DNA of 64,000 nucleotides from assembly GCA_027293415.1 (NCBI GenBank), contig JAPUFX010000102.1, positions 4,803 to 68,802 on the forward strand, given 5' to 3'. Made by a program: the position numbers and the translations under genes. Every line of letters starts with the position of its first letter. Within the stretch, counting starts at the first letter, position 1. Below, in pieces: positions 35,956 to 45,609 of the stretch. The notes under the pieces were generated by a model. That model was not told where the DNA came from. It made no database searches and saw only the letters and a list, made by a program, of their open reading frames with translations. Source of the stretch: Candidatus Methylomirabilota bacterium (GTDB lineage Bacteria > Methylomirabilota > Methylomirabilia > Methylomirabilales > CSP1-5).

Positions 35956-36524
35956 GCCGGGGGCATCTTCCCATCCTCGAGGCGCTACTCTTTGCGTCAT
36001 CGGATCCTCTTTCGATCCCACAGTTACAGGAACTGCTCGAAGAGGGAGACAAAGAAAATATCATAAACGACATGAAATATCTTCAGGAACTATATGAAAA
36101 CAAAGGCTCTGGATTGACAATAATTGAAGTTGCCGGGGGCTTTCGAATGTCCACGCGTCCTGACCTCCACCCCTGGCTTACCCGGCTGGCAACGGTGCGC
36201 CCTAGCAGGCTGTCTCGCCCAGCGTTAGAGACGGTAGCCATTATTGCCTACCGGCAACCGGTTACCAAAGCAGAGGTCGAAGCCATTCGGGGAGTTACGG
36301 TGGACGGTGTCCTGAGAACGCTGATAGAGCGCGGGCTTATCCGGATTGTAGGCAGGAAGCGAGATGTGGGGCGGCCCATCCTCTATGGGACCAGCCGGAC
36401 CTTCCTAGAGTACTTTGGCTTCCAGAATCTCAGCGAGCTCCCCTCACTAAAGGAAATTGAGACTCTCACCCCTACGAGGGAGGGGACGGCTGAAGCAACG
36501 GAGATGCAGAGTGAAAATTCTTGA
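35952..36524 (+). CDS. scpB: Segregation and condensation protein B
   Basis: LEALLFAS.DPLS, LS.PALETLAIIAYRQPVTK.E.E.IRGV, and GRP.LYGT...FL..FGL. Confidence 0.88.
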   Translation: MSRGHLPILEALLFASSDPLSIPQLQELLEEGDKENIINDMKYLQELYENKGSGLTIIEVAGGFRMSTRPDLHPWLTRLATVRPSRLSRPALETVAIIAYRQPVTKAEVEAIRGVTVDGVLRTLIERGLIRIVGRKRDVGRPILYGTSRTFLEYFGFQNLSELPSLKEIETLTPTREGTAEATEMQSENS

Positions 36525-36580
36525 ACCACTTGCATCCCATGCCTCGAACCTCAGGTGTGCGTGTGGGTGAGCAGGGAGCC

Positions 36581-37660
36581 ATGGGAATCGAAGAGTTCAG
36601 ACGCAAGATCGACGCCATTGATAGCCAGATCCTTGAGCTCTTGAATCGGCGTGCCGAGATCGTCGTCCGCGTCGGTGAGGAAAAGGCCAAGGGAAACATG
36701 GCGTACCACTCCCCTCAGCGGGAGGAGGAGATCATCGATCGTCTCACGCGTGAGAACCGGGGGCCCTTCCCCGGCAGGGGGGTCAAGGCCGTCTACCGCG
36801 AGATCCTTTCAGCCTGCCTCGCGCTCGAGCAAGCCCTCAAAGTGGCCTATCTTGGTCCCCAGGCTACCTTTACTCATATGGCCTGTATGAAACGTTTCGG
36901 TCTGCTGGCGGAGTATGTCCCCCTCCGAGGGATCGGAGAGGTCTTCAACGAGGTGGGAAAGGGGAAGGCCGACTATGGGGTCGTGCCAGTCGAGAACTCG
37001 ACCGAGGGGGTGGTCAGTCATACCCTTGACCTGTTTGTCGACTCCGATTTGACGATTTGTGGCGAAGTCCTGATGGAAGTTTCCCATCACCTCCTTTCGA
37101 AAGGTGGCGAGAAGGGCCAGATCATCAAAATCTACTCCCATCCCCATGCCATCGCCCAGTCCAGAAAGTGGTTGGAAACGAACATGCCGTCGATTGCACT
37201 CTTCGAGGTTGCCTCAACAGCCGCAGCGGCCGAGCTCGCCTCCCAGGATGAGACGGCAGCGGCCATCGCCTCCGAGCTAGCTGGCCGCCTGTACGATTTG
37301 AAGGTGGTGGCGGCCCGGATTGAGGATAGCCCGTATAATTTTACGCGGTTCCTTGTCATCGGACAGCAGCCATGTTCCGCGACTGGCCAGGATAAGACCT
37401 CTATCCTCTTCACAATCCGCGACCGGGTTGGGGCCCTGTACCGAATGCTGGAGCCGTTCGCTCAGAATCAGATTAACTTGACCAAGATCGAATCGCGACC
37501 CTCTCGGTACCGGGTCTGGGAATATATCTTCTATGTGGATTTTGAGGGGCATGTCGAAGACGCGCTGGTGCAGGCAGCCCTGGAGCGGCTTCGGGAAGAG
37601 TGCCTCTTCCTGAAGGTCTTGGGCTCTTACCCGAAAGAGCCCCTCCGTGCAAAGAGTTGA
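36581..37660 (+). CDS. pheA: Bifunctional chorismate mutase / prephenate dehydratase
   Basis: The CM helix is R..ID.ID..IL.LL..R. The PDT motifs are VAYLGP..TF.H.A and ..VPVENS.EG.V. A C-terminal ACT domain follows (TSI.F........GAL). Confidence 0.9.
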   Translation: MGIEEFRRKIDAIDSQILELLNRRAEIVVRVGEEKAKGNMAYHSPQREEEIIDRLTRENRGPFPGRGVKAVYREILSACLALEQALKVAYLGPQATFTHMACMKRFGLLAEYVPLRGIGEVFNEVGKGKADYGVVPVENSTEGVVSHTLDLFVDSDLTICGEVLMEVSHHLLSKGGEKGQIIKIYSHPHAIAQSRKWLETNMPSIALFEVASTAAAAELASQDETAAAIASELAGRLYDLKVVAARIEDSPYNFTRFLVIGQQPCSATGQDKTSILFTIRDRVGALYRMLEPFAQNQINLTKIESRPSRYRVWEYIFYVDFEGHVEDALVQAALERLREECLFLKVLGSYPKEPLRAKS

Positions 37661-37740
37661 GGGTGGAGAACAATGTGTGCGGCTGCCAAGGGGGACTCGC
37701 TCGGATAAAGACGGAGACGAGTCGTGGATGAAGGGCAGAG

Positions 37741-38904
37741 ATGAACCGCGAAGTTAAAAAGCTCCAGAAGCTCGCTCGACCCCAGGTTCTGGGACTGGTG
37801 CCTTACAGTCCGGGGCGACCGATCGAGGAAGTGCAGCGGGAGCTCGGCTTGGATGAAGTGCTCAAGCTCGCTTCCAATGAAAACCCACTCGGTCCCTCGC
37901 CGTTGGCTCTGCAAGCCATTCGCGAGGGACTTCAGGGCCTTCACCGGTACCCCGATGGGGGCTGTCACAATCTACGGGAGGCGCTTGGCCGAAGCCTCGG
38001 CGTCAAACCGGAACAACTCTGTTTTGGTAACGGGAGTAATGAATTGTTGGAGCTTGTCACCCGAGCTTTTGTCGGACCTGAGGATGAGGTCGTGATGGGT
38101 CACCCGGCCTTCATCGTCTATCGAAGTGTCTGTCGAGCAGTGGGAGGCCAGGTCCGAGAAGTTCCTCTCAAGGAATTCACCCACGATCTGGATGCGATGC
38201 TGCAAGCGGTGACACCACGGACAAAGCTGGTCTTTCTCGGAAACCCGAATAACCCCACCGGGACCTGTGTTCCGGTGACCGACCTCTACAATTTTGTGCG
38301 GGAGCTTCCGGGCCATGTCATCCTCGTGGTTGATGAAGCCTATCGGGAGTATCTCCCCCAGCATCTTCAACCGGATCTCCTCAGGTATATCCGGGAGGGA
38401 CGTTACCTCCTAGCCCTGAGAACTTTTTCAAAGGCGTACGGTCTGGCAGGACTTCGGATGGGATATGGGGTCGGCCCCCCGGAGATGGCGGAGATCCTGA
38501 ACCGGGTCCGGCAGCCCTTCAACGTAAATGCGTTAGCCCAGAGAGCGGCAGTGGCGGCCTTGGACGATACGACCCATCTCGAGGAGACGCTGCGGATCAC
38601 TGAGACAGGACGGCAAAGCGTGCAGTCCCTCCTGGAAGGGTTGGGCCTCTCCTATGTTCCAAGTGTGACCAACTTCGTTCTGGTTAATGTCAAAGCTGAG
38701 GGTGCGGCGATTGCTTCTGCTCTTTTCCGTAAGGGGGTGATCGTCCGGTCCATGGAGGGATATGATCTCCCCACATTTATTCGTGTGACGATCGGAACAC
38801 CTGAGGAGAATATCCGAGCGATCGAGGCCTTAGGTACGGTTCTCGAGGAGATGGAGGTTGCGGTAAAGCCCTCGACTCCTCCAGGTGGAAGGAGTGGGAA
38901 ATGA
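37741..38904 (+). CDS. hisC: Histidinol-phosphate / aromatic aminotransferase
   Basis: [19 protein letters not shown], and the [15 protein letters not shown]-lysine motif. Confidence 0.88.
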   Translation: MNREVKKLQKLARPQVLGLVPYSPGRPIEEVQRELGLDEVLKLASNENPLGPSPLALQAIREGLQGLHRYPDGGCHNLREALGRSLGVKPEQLCFGNGSNELLELVTRAFVGPEDEVVMGHPAFIVYRSVCRAVGGQVREVPLKEFTHDLDAMLQAVTPRTKLVFLGNPNNPTGTCVPVTDLYNFVRELPGHVILVVDEAYREYLPQHLQPDLLRYIREGRYLLALRTFSKAYGLAGLRMGYGVGPPEMAEILNRVRQPFNVNALAQRAAVAALDDTTHLEETLRITETGRQSVQSLLEGLGLSYVPSVTNFVLVNVKAEGAAIASALFRKGVIVRSMEGYDLPTFIRVTIGTPEENIRAIEALGTVLEEMEVAVKPSTPPGGRSGK

Positions 38905-39914
38905 TCATCGTAATGCGATCCGCCGCTACCCAGACGGATATCGACCAGGTGGTGGAACGAATTATTCAGCATGGCCTTAAGCCACACATCTCTCGGGGGG
39001 TGGAGCGGACCATTATTGGCGCCATCGGGGATGAACGGATCCTTCGAAATGTCCCCTTCCAGGCCTTGCCCGGCGTCGAGGAAGTCCTCACCATTCTGAA
39101 ACCGTTTAAACTTGCCAGCCGAGATTTCAAGACTGAGCCAAGCGTGGTAGAGGTGAACGGCGTGGCGGTAGGAGGAGGGCGCCTAGCCGTGATTGCCGGC
39201 CCCTGCTCGGTGGAGGGGCGCGAGATGCTGCTGGATACCGCCCAGAAGATCAGAGAGGCGGGCGCGACGCTGCTCAGGGGAGGGGCATTTAAACCTCGGA
39301 CCTCTCCGTATTCCTTCCAGGGACTGGGGGAGGAGGGGTTGAGGTATCTGGCCGAGGTTCGCGAGGTCACCGGGCTACCCGTGGTTACGGAGCTCATGGA
39401 CCCTCGGGATGCTGAACTGATTATGAAATATGCCGACATGGTACAGATCGGGGCTAGGAACATGCAGAACTTCCGCCTCCTCAAGGAGGTTGGCATGCAC
39501 CACAAGCCGGTCCTCCTCAAACGGGGAATGAGTTGCACGATTAAGGAGCTCCTGATGTCGGCCGAGTACATCATGTCCGAAGGAAACTACAATATTGTGC
39601 TCTGCGAGAGGGGAATCCGGACCTTCGAGGATTACACCCGCAATACGCTTGATCTTTCCGCGGTTCCGTCTCTCAAACAACTCTCTCACCTCCCGGTGAT
39701 TGTTGATCCGAGTCACGGGACCGGAAAATGGGACCTCGTTGCTCCTCTCGCCCTGGCGGCCATCGCCGTGGGTGCAGACGGGATCATGGTCGAGGTCCAT
39801 CCTCAGCCAGAGATGGCTTTGTCCGATGGACCCCAGGCCCTGATTCCCGACCGGTTTAGCACACTCATGGAGCAAATCCGAGCCTTGGCACCTATCGTAG
39901 GCCGAACCCTGTAA
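38901..39914 (+). CDS. aroF: 3-deoxy-7-phosphoheptulonate (DAHP) synthase, type I-beta with N-terminal regulatory domain
   Basis: [22 protein letters not shown], and DPSH..G. The N-terminal ferredoxin-like extension resembles the one in Thermotoga-type enzymes. Confidence 0.88.
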   Translation: MIIVMRSAATQTDIDQVVERIIQHGLKPHISRGVERTIIGAIGDERILRNVPFQALPGVEEVLTILKPFKLASRDFKTEPSVVEVNGVAVGGGRLAVIAGPCSVEGREMLLDTAQKIREAGATLLRGGAFKPRTSPYSFQGLGEEGLRYLAEVREVTGLPVVTELMDPRDAELIMKYADMVQIGARNMQNFRLLKEVGMHHKPVLLKRGMSCTIKELLMSAEYIMSEGNYNIVLCERGIRTFEDYTRNTLDLSAVPSLKQLSHLPVIVDPSHGTGKWDLVAPLALAAIAVGADGIMVEVHPQPEMALSDGPQALIPDRFSTLMEQIRALAPIVGRTL

Positions 39915-40025
39915 TTTTGTCCGTTTCCTGATATCGGACGGCCGAGGGCCAGATGCTAGAGTGGTATCGCTCTACGGGCGTCCGTCACGTCTGGGCCCGG
40001 TACTGCCAAGAAGGTTCAGGAGAGC

Positions 40026-40898
40026 ATGTCAGACGTGAGCCACAGGCCTTTGTTTAATCGGATTGCGGTAGTCGGCGTAGGGCTGATTGGTGGTAGTCTC
40101 GCACGTGCGTGCCGGGACGGCATCGCGAGTCGCGTGATAGGCTTGGATGTCGACCAAACACACCTGCAGCAGGCCCTCAGCCTGGGTCTCGTAGATCAGG
40201 CGGACGATCTGCCAGTAGGAGTAGAGGGGGCCGATTTGGTCGTTGTTGCCGTTCCCGTTGGCGCCATCGTGGGGGTCGTTCGTGCGATTGCACCGCACCT
40301 AGCGGGGGGGTCTATTGTGACCGATGTGGGAAGTGTCAAGGGAGATTTGGTCGCAGAAGTAGAAGAAGAAATCCCTGCCGGTCGGGCGTATGTTGGCGGT
40401 CATCCCATCACGGGGACGGAACGCTCTGGACCCGAAGCCTCGAGCGCAGGGCTCTTTCGGAATAGCTTATGCGTTCTCACACCGACTTCCCGGACACCTG
40501 CGGACGCGTTGGGAAAGGTGACGCGCCTGTGGGAGATGGTAGGATCTCGGGTGATCCCCATGGATCCGTTCCAGCATGATCGAATCTTCGCTCTGGTCAG
40601 CCATCTCCCCCATGTGGTCGCCTATACCCTCATGGCGCCTCTTCTCAGTCCCACGGAGGATGGAGAAGAGCTATTACGGTTCAGCGCTGGCGGACTTCGC
40701 GACTTTACTCGGATTGCGGCGTCTGACCCGGTCATGTGGCGGGATATCTTGATCAGGAATCGGAAGGAGGTGCTGGAGTCGATCGCCAGATTCCAAAAGG
40801 CACTTCAACGGTTTGAGGAGATGATCAGAACGCAGGACGCGGCCGGCTTGATGGAGGAGTTTCAACGGGCCAAGGAGATACGCGAGCAACTTCGATGA
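40026..40898 (+). CDS. tyrA: Prephenate dehydrogenase
   Basis: The Rossmann motif is I.VVG.GLIGGS.A. Also GGHP..G.E.SG and SHLPH..A. Confidence 0.85.
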   Translation: MSDVSHRPLFNRIAVVGVGLIGGSLARACRDGIASRVIGLDVDQTHLQQALSLGLVDQADDLPVGVEGADLVVVAVPVGAIVGVVRAIAPHLAGGSIVTDVGSVKGDLVAEVEEEIPAGRAYVGGHPITGTERSGPEASSAGLFRNSLCVLTPTSRTPADALGKVTRLWEMVGSRVIPMDPFQHDRIFALVSHLPHVVAYTLMAPLLSPTEDGEELLRFSAGGLRDFTRIAASDPVMWRDILIRNRKEVLESIARFQKALQRFEEMIRTQDAAGLMEEFQRAKEIREQLR

Positions 40899-42031
40899 AA
40901 CGATGGTCGAGTTCCCGGCGAGAAGTGGCGCTCCTCATTGGGCTTAAGCAGCCTCATCAGCCCCGCTGGGAGGCAGAGGAGTCCTTAGAAGAGCTGGCCC
41001 AACTGGCGGTCTCGGCAGGGGCCGAGTCGGCGTTCCGTGTCCTTCAGGAGCGGTCCGTACCCGATCCCCGTACCCTGATCGGCCGCGGGAAGGCGGAGGA
41101 TATCCGCGAATTGTGCGAAGAGGGGGTTGACCTGGTCATCTTTGACGACGATCTCACCGGTTCGCAGCAGCGGAATCTCGAAGCGACACTCCAGCGCAAG
41201 GTGATTGACCGAACCGGGCTCATCCTGGATATCTTTGCCCAACGGGCCCGATCAAGGGAGGGAAAGCTCCAGGTCGAGCTCGCCCAGCTGAAATATCTGT
41301 TACCCCGTCTCACAGGGCATGGAGCCGATCTGTCTCGGCTGGGTGGCGGAATTGGAACGCGAGGACCGGGCGAGACCAAACTGGAGGTGGACCGTCGCCG
41401 GATCCGGCGGCGTGTCATCAAGATCGAGGAGGAGCTGGAAAAGGTGCAGCGCCATCGCGCCCTGCTGCGTCGCCGTCGCCAGAAACAGGCCTTACCGACC
41501 GCGGCCCTTGTGGGATACACCAACGCGGGGAAGTCCTCTCTGTTGAATGCGTTGACTCATGCTAAGCTCCCGGTCGCCGACAAGTTCTTTGTCACCCTAG
41601 ACCCGACCTTACGGAAGGTGATCCTGCCCGGCGGGCGCGCGGTCCTCCTTTCTGACACCGTGGGATTCATCAAGAAGCTTCCCCATCAGCTGGTGGCGGC
41701 CTTCAAGGCCACGCTGGAGGAGATGCGGGCCTCAGATCTCTTGCTCCACGTGATCGATATCGCTCATCCTCAATGGCAAGACCAGGAGCAGGCAGTGACA
41801 GCGGTACTGGAGGAGCTAGGGATGGCCACAAAACCGCTGATCAGTCTCTATAACAAGGTAGATAAACTCCCACATCCCGAGGCGATCGCATTCCTGAGCC
41901 GAAGACCGCGATCAGTGGTGACCTCGGCGAATACGGGTGCAGGCCTTTCCGAACTCAAGACTGTAATTGCAGAGATGCTGGAGTCCCTCGAAGAGTCCAG
42001 AGCTCAACGGCAGGTACGTAGGCGGGGCTGA
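40895..42031 (+). CDS. hflX: GTPase HflX
   Basis: L....R....I..IFA.RA.S.EGKLQVELAQL.Y..PRL, followed by VGYTNAGKS.L.N.L. Confidence 0.9.
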   Translation: MKRWSSSRREVALLIGLKQPHQPRWEAEESLEELAQLAVSAGAESAFRVLQERSVPDPRTLIGRGKAEDIRELCEEGVDLVIFDDDLTGSQQRNLEATLQRKVIDRTGLILDIFAQRARSREGKLQVELAQLKYLLPRLTGHGADLSRLGGGIGTRGPGETKLEVDRRRIRRRVIKIEEELEKVQRHRALLRRRRQKQALPTAALVGYTNAGKSSLLNALTHAKLPVADKFFVTLDPTLRKVILPGGRAVLLSDTVGFIKKLPHQLVAAFKATLEEMRASDLLLHVIDIAHPQWQDQEQAVTAVLEELGMATKPLISLYNKVDKLPHPEAIAFLSRRPRSVVTSANTGAGLSELKTVIAEMLESLEESRAQRQVRRRG

Positions 42032-42124
42032 GACGTTCGAGGTCAAGATCCTTGATGTGGTGAGGCAGAGGGGGCAGAGTTCAAGAATCTCCTCGGCAGA
42101 TCTCGGACACGAGGTGCAGTAACG

Positions 42125-42673
42125 GTGATTCTTAATCTTCCCAATGGACTTACCTTCCTTCGATTGATTCTAACGCCCGTGATCGTCATGTTCCTCCTCG
42201 ATGGAGCATTCTTTTGGGCCCTCATGCTCTTTCTGGTGGCCGGAGTCACCGATGGACTCGACGGATTTTTGGCCCGCTCATTACGGGGGTCGACGGAATT
42301 TGGAAGAATTCTTGACCCGCTGGTGGATAAGATCCTCATGGGCTCCTCCTTCATCACCTTGGCGTTTCTAGGACACCTTCCCATGTGGCTTGCGGGAATC
42401 GCTGTGGGGAGGGACTTGGTGCTGATGATCGGATCCTGCATCCTCTATATGGTGACTGGCCGCTTCGGGTATCCAGCGTCGGTGATCGGGAAGCTGAGCA
42501 CCTTTCTGCAGGTGCTCACGGTCTTGGCAGTCATGGTCATGACGAAGGGGGATGGGCGCCTCGATCCCCTCTTCTGGGGAATGGCGATCTTAAGCGTTGC
42601 GTCCGGCCTTGACTATGTTTACCGCGGGTCGGTTGAATTAATCGCGCGTTTGCGGAACACCTCACCGGCCTAG
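42125..42673 (+). CDS. CDP-alcohol phosphatidyltransferase family protein
   Basis: NLPN.LT..R and D..DG..AR......FG..LDP..DK. This is the second family member in the window. Confidence 0.75.
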   Translation: MILNLPNGLTFLRLILTPVIVMFLLDGAFFWALMLFLVAGVTDGLDGFLARSLRGSTEFGRILDPLVDKILMGSSFITLAFLGHLPMWLAGIAVGRDLVLMIGSCILYMVTGRFGYPASVIGKLSTFLQVLTVLAVMVMTKGDGRLDPLFWGMAILSVASGLDYVYRGSVELIARLRNTSPA

Positions 42674-42850
42674 AAAACGCCATCCTGTCCGTTCATTTCC
42701 TCCTCGCGCTTTCCCTCTTTCATTCGATTCCCATCTGGCAGACAGAGCTATCCGTACGTGTCACCGCGGTGATGGTCTGCGTCTGCATTGCGTGCCCTTC
42801 ACCAATCGAGTATGCTACTCGTGGATGACGTGTAAAGGGAGCGAATTGGC

Positions 42851-44206
42851 ATGAAAAGACTGCCCACCGTTGCCATCGTGGGCCGCCCCAACGTCGGCAA
42901 ATCTACTTTCTTCAACCGGTTGGTGGGGGGACGCCGAGCGATCGTGGCGGTAACACCTGGAGTTACCAGGGACCGCAATTACGGTACGGTCCAGTGGCGA
43001 GGGCAATCCTTCTTGCTTGTGGACACGGGTGGCTTTGAGCCAGCGACCTCCACACCTCTAACCCAGCAGGTGGTAGAACAGGCTCAGCTGGCCATGGAGC
43101 ACGCGGATCTCATTGTTTTTCTCGTCGACGCCCAAGACGGGCTCACACCTCTCGATGAGGAGATCGCCCTTCTGTTACGCCGAATGCTGCAGAAGCATAT
43201 TGTCCTGGTAACCAACAAGGTGGATCCACCCATGAAAACCTCCCTTGTCGCTGAGTTCTACCGACTCGGGTTTTCTGAAGTACTACCGGTTTCAGCGGAG
43301 CATGGGACGGGAGTGGGGGATCTGCTTGACCACCTCCTGGGTTTCCTGCCACCGTCCGAGGAAGCGCAAGTAATCTCGGATGCTGTGACCATCGCTGTCG
43401 TGGGGCGGCCCAACGTCGGGAAGTCCTCCCTGGTGAATCGAATCCTGGGCGAATCCAGGGTCATCGTTAGCCCCGAACCCGGCACCACGCGCGATGCTAT
43501 CGATACGCCCTTTACCTACCAAGGACGTCAGTATGTTCTTATAGATACCGCAGGGATCCGGTCCAAGGGGCGAAAAGGATATCCTCTCGAGTATTACAGT
43601 ATCCTTCGAGCCATCAAAAGCGTAGAGCGCTGTGATGTTGCGCTTATTCTCCTCGATGCGACCAGTGGTGTTGTACAGCAGGATGCCCGGATCGCCGGCT
43701 ATGCCTTCGAGGCGGGGTGTGCTCTTATCCTCCTCGTGAACAAATGGGATCTTGTCGAAAAGGAGGCGCGGGCTGCGGATCAGCACCTGCGGCGTATTCG
43801 AGAGCAACTGAGGCATGTCGACTATGCCCCGGTCCTTTTCATCTCGGCTCTTACCGGGCAACGCATTTTCAAGATTTTCACCTTGATCGAGCGTGTTATG
43901 AAAGAACAGGACCGCCGGATTCCGTCGGGGGAGCTCAATCGCTTCATTCGCCATGTGGTGGAAGAATATCCTCCTCCGTCGGCGAAAGGACGACAGATCC
44001 TGATCCGCTACGCCACCCATGTCAGCCGCAAACCACCAACCTTTGTTCTTTTCGTAAACGATCCTGATGGGGTTTCTACCTCGTATGAACGCTACCTGGT
44101 GAATCAGCTTCGTTCAAGATACGGATTCGAGGGAAACCCCATCCGCATCCGCTTTCGCGGTGAGCATCGGCGCCGGGAGCGGCGAGTGTGCGACTCTGGA
44201 GAGTGA
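42851..44206 (+). CDS. der: Ribosome-associated GTPase Der (EngA)
   Basis: Two tandem G domains (GRPNVGKST and GRPNVGKSS) and a KH-like C-terminus. Confidence 0.93.
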   Translation: MKRLPTVAIVGRPNVGKSTFFNRLVGGRRAIVAVTPGVTRDRNYGTVQWRGQSFLLVDTGGFEPATSTPLTQQVVEQAQLAMEHADLIVFLVDAQDGLTPLDEEIALLLRRMLQKHIVLVTNKVDPPMKTSLVAEFYRLGFSEVLPVSAEHGTGVGDLLDHLLGFLPPSEEAQVISDAVTIAVVGRPNVGKSSLVNRILGESRVIVSPEPGTTRDAIDTPFTYQGRQYVLIDTAGIRSKGRKGYPLEYYSILRAIKSVERCDVALILLDATSGVVQQDARIAGYAFEAGCALILLVNKWDLVEKEARAADQHLRRIREQLRHVDYAPVLFISALTGQRIFKIFTLIERVMKEQDRRIPSGELNRFIRHVVEEYPPPSAKGRQILIRYATHVSRKPPTFVLFVNDPDGVSTSYERYLVNQLRSRYGFEGNPIRIRFRGEHRRRERRVCDSGE

Positions 44207-44282
44207 CTGACTCTCGGAGTAGTGCGGCTCATGGCCAAAGCTTGAGCCAGCTCCATAAGGGCGCGAAATGTCAGTCTTTTCC

Positions 44283-44311
44283 TTGACAGCCGCGACCCTC
44301 CGTGGTAACTT
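44283..44311 (+). promoter_or_regulatory. Sigma-70-type promoter in the der-sdh spacer
   Basis: TTGACA, 17 nt, TAACTT. Confidence 0.4.
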
Positions 44312-44428
44312 TACGCCGACTGATGTCTTCCGAAAGCATGCCGCAAGGATAGCCAAACGACGCCGGCGATTTGGAAGGAGTCGGCTGCGTTTCTGACCAT
44401 ACGTTTTACACAGGCAGGGGAGGAGGCG

Positions 44429-44809
44429 ATGGGACGCGAAGGATCGCACAACCCCCCTCCTGATCGACCACCGAATCCAGTTTACCGAAAGGAAATTCCG
44501 CATCCTCGACAACCTATTATTCCCTTCATCCAGGGGGGATGGGATAGGCCTCGCTATATGGCCGGCCAGGCTGCGGGTCCTCGATACCTCCGTAAAGAAG
44601 GCCTTTGGGGAGCGAACAAGATCCTTCCGTGCGCCGTTAATCTCAACGGCGAGTACGATATGACGAGACTCTTTGTGGGTGTCCCGGTCAAGCTCGGCCG
44701 GGGTAGGATCGAGCAGGTAGTCGAAGTTAAATTCACTCCGGAAGAGCAGGCCGCATTCGACAAGTCCACTGGGGCAGTCCGCGAACTCGTGGAGAAGTTA
44801 AAACTGTAG
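44429..44809 (+). pseudogene. mdh: Malate dehydrogenase remnant: only the C-terminal ~64 codons (44618..44809) are MDH-like; they are fused in frame to ~63 unrelated Pro/Arg-rich codons
   Basis: KILPCAVNLNGEYDMTRLFVGVPVKLGRGRIEQVVEVKFTPEEQAAFDKSTGAVRELVEKL matches the LDH-type MDH C-terminus. There is no Rossmann or catalytic region in any frame between the der stop (44206) and 44618. Confidence 0.5.
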
Positions 44810-44832
44810 ACCTGCCGGCAGGAGACCAACAC

Positions 44833-45609
44833 ATGATCGGGAAGGTACTCAAGAATCAACGGGGACAGGTGGCAGGTGCGATGGCGCTCCGAAAGGATAG
44901 CTGGTGGATCCAGCCCTTGCTGACAGTGCTCGGGCTGGGAGCATTCATTGTCTATGCCACCTGGGCTGCCTTTCAGAACGCCCACTATTACACCGCCCCC
45001 TATCTGTCGCCCTTCTATTCTCCCTGCATTTCTGCCAATTGCGAGCACATTACCCTCCCGCTCGTGGGTCCCTGGTGGACCTGGTCCCCCGCGTTCCTGA
45101 TTTTGTGGGCCCCGGGCATATTCCGCCTCACATGCTACTACTATCGGAAGGCCTACTACCGTTCGTTCTGGTGGGCGCCGCCAGCCTGCGCCGTGCCTGA
45201 TGCACGCAGGGGCTACGACGGAGAAACGGGCTTCCTGACCTTCCAGAACATTCACCGCTACACCTTTTATATCGCTGTACTCGTCATCCTTTTCCTCGCT
45301 TGGGATGCGATTAACGCTCATCGCTTTCCTGATGGGTTTGGCGTGGGCGTAGGCACGCTCGTGCTCTGGGCCAACGTCGTGCTTCTTTCGCTCTATACCT
45401 TCTCGTGCCACTCGTGCCGCCACCTCTGCGGGGGTCAGCTCGACGTCTTTTCCAAGGCTCCTTCCCGATACCGGATCTGGACTCTTGTAACCACCCTGAA
45501 CGAGCGGCATGCACTCTTTGCCTGGATTAGCCTTGTCGGCGTGGGTCTCACCGACCTGTATGTTCGGCTTGTGTCTATGGGTATCGTTACAGACGTGAGG
45601 TTATTCTAA
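44833..45609 (+). CDS. Putative succinate dehydrogenase/fumarate reductase membrane anchor (single large cytochrome-b-like subunit)
   Basis: A 258-aa polytopic protein immediately upstream of sdhA, with a 1-nt overlap. It has a Cys-rich CHSCRHLCGG segment and resembles the anchor of actinobacterial Sdh1-type enzymes. Confidence 0.65.
   Translation: MIGKVLKNQRGQVAGAMALRKDSWWIQPLLTVLGLGAFIVYATWAAFQNAHYYTAPYLSPFYSPCISANCEHITLPLVGPWWTWSPAFLILWAPGIFRLTCYYYRKAYYRSFWWAPPACAVPDARRGYDGETGFLTFQNIHRYTFYIAVLVILFLAWDAINAHRFPDGFGVGVGTLVLWANVVLLSLYTFSCHSCRHLCGGQLDVFSKAPSRYRIWTLVTTLNERHALFAWISLVGVGLTDLYVRLVSMGIVTDVRLF

Noticed and set aside
44315-44385. A 71-nt hairpin with a 7-bp terminal stem, considered as a tRNA-like gene.
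   Set aside because: There is no T-arm adjacent to the 3' acceptor strand, no D-arm, no anticodon-arm geometry and no GTTC motif. In addition, the predicted start site of the adjacent promoter falls inside the 5' arm.
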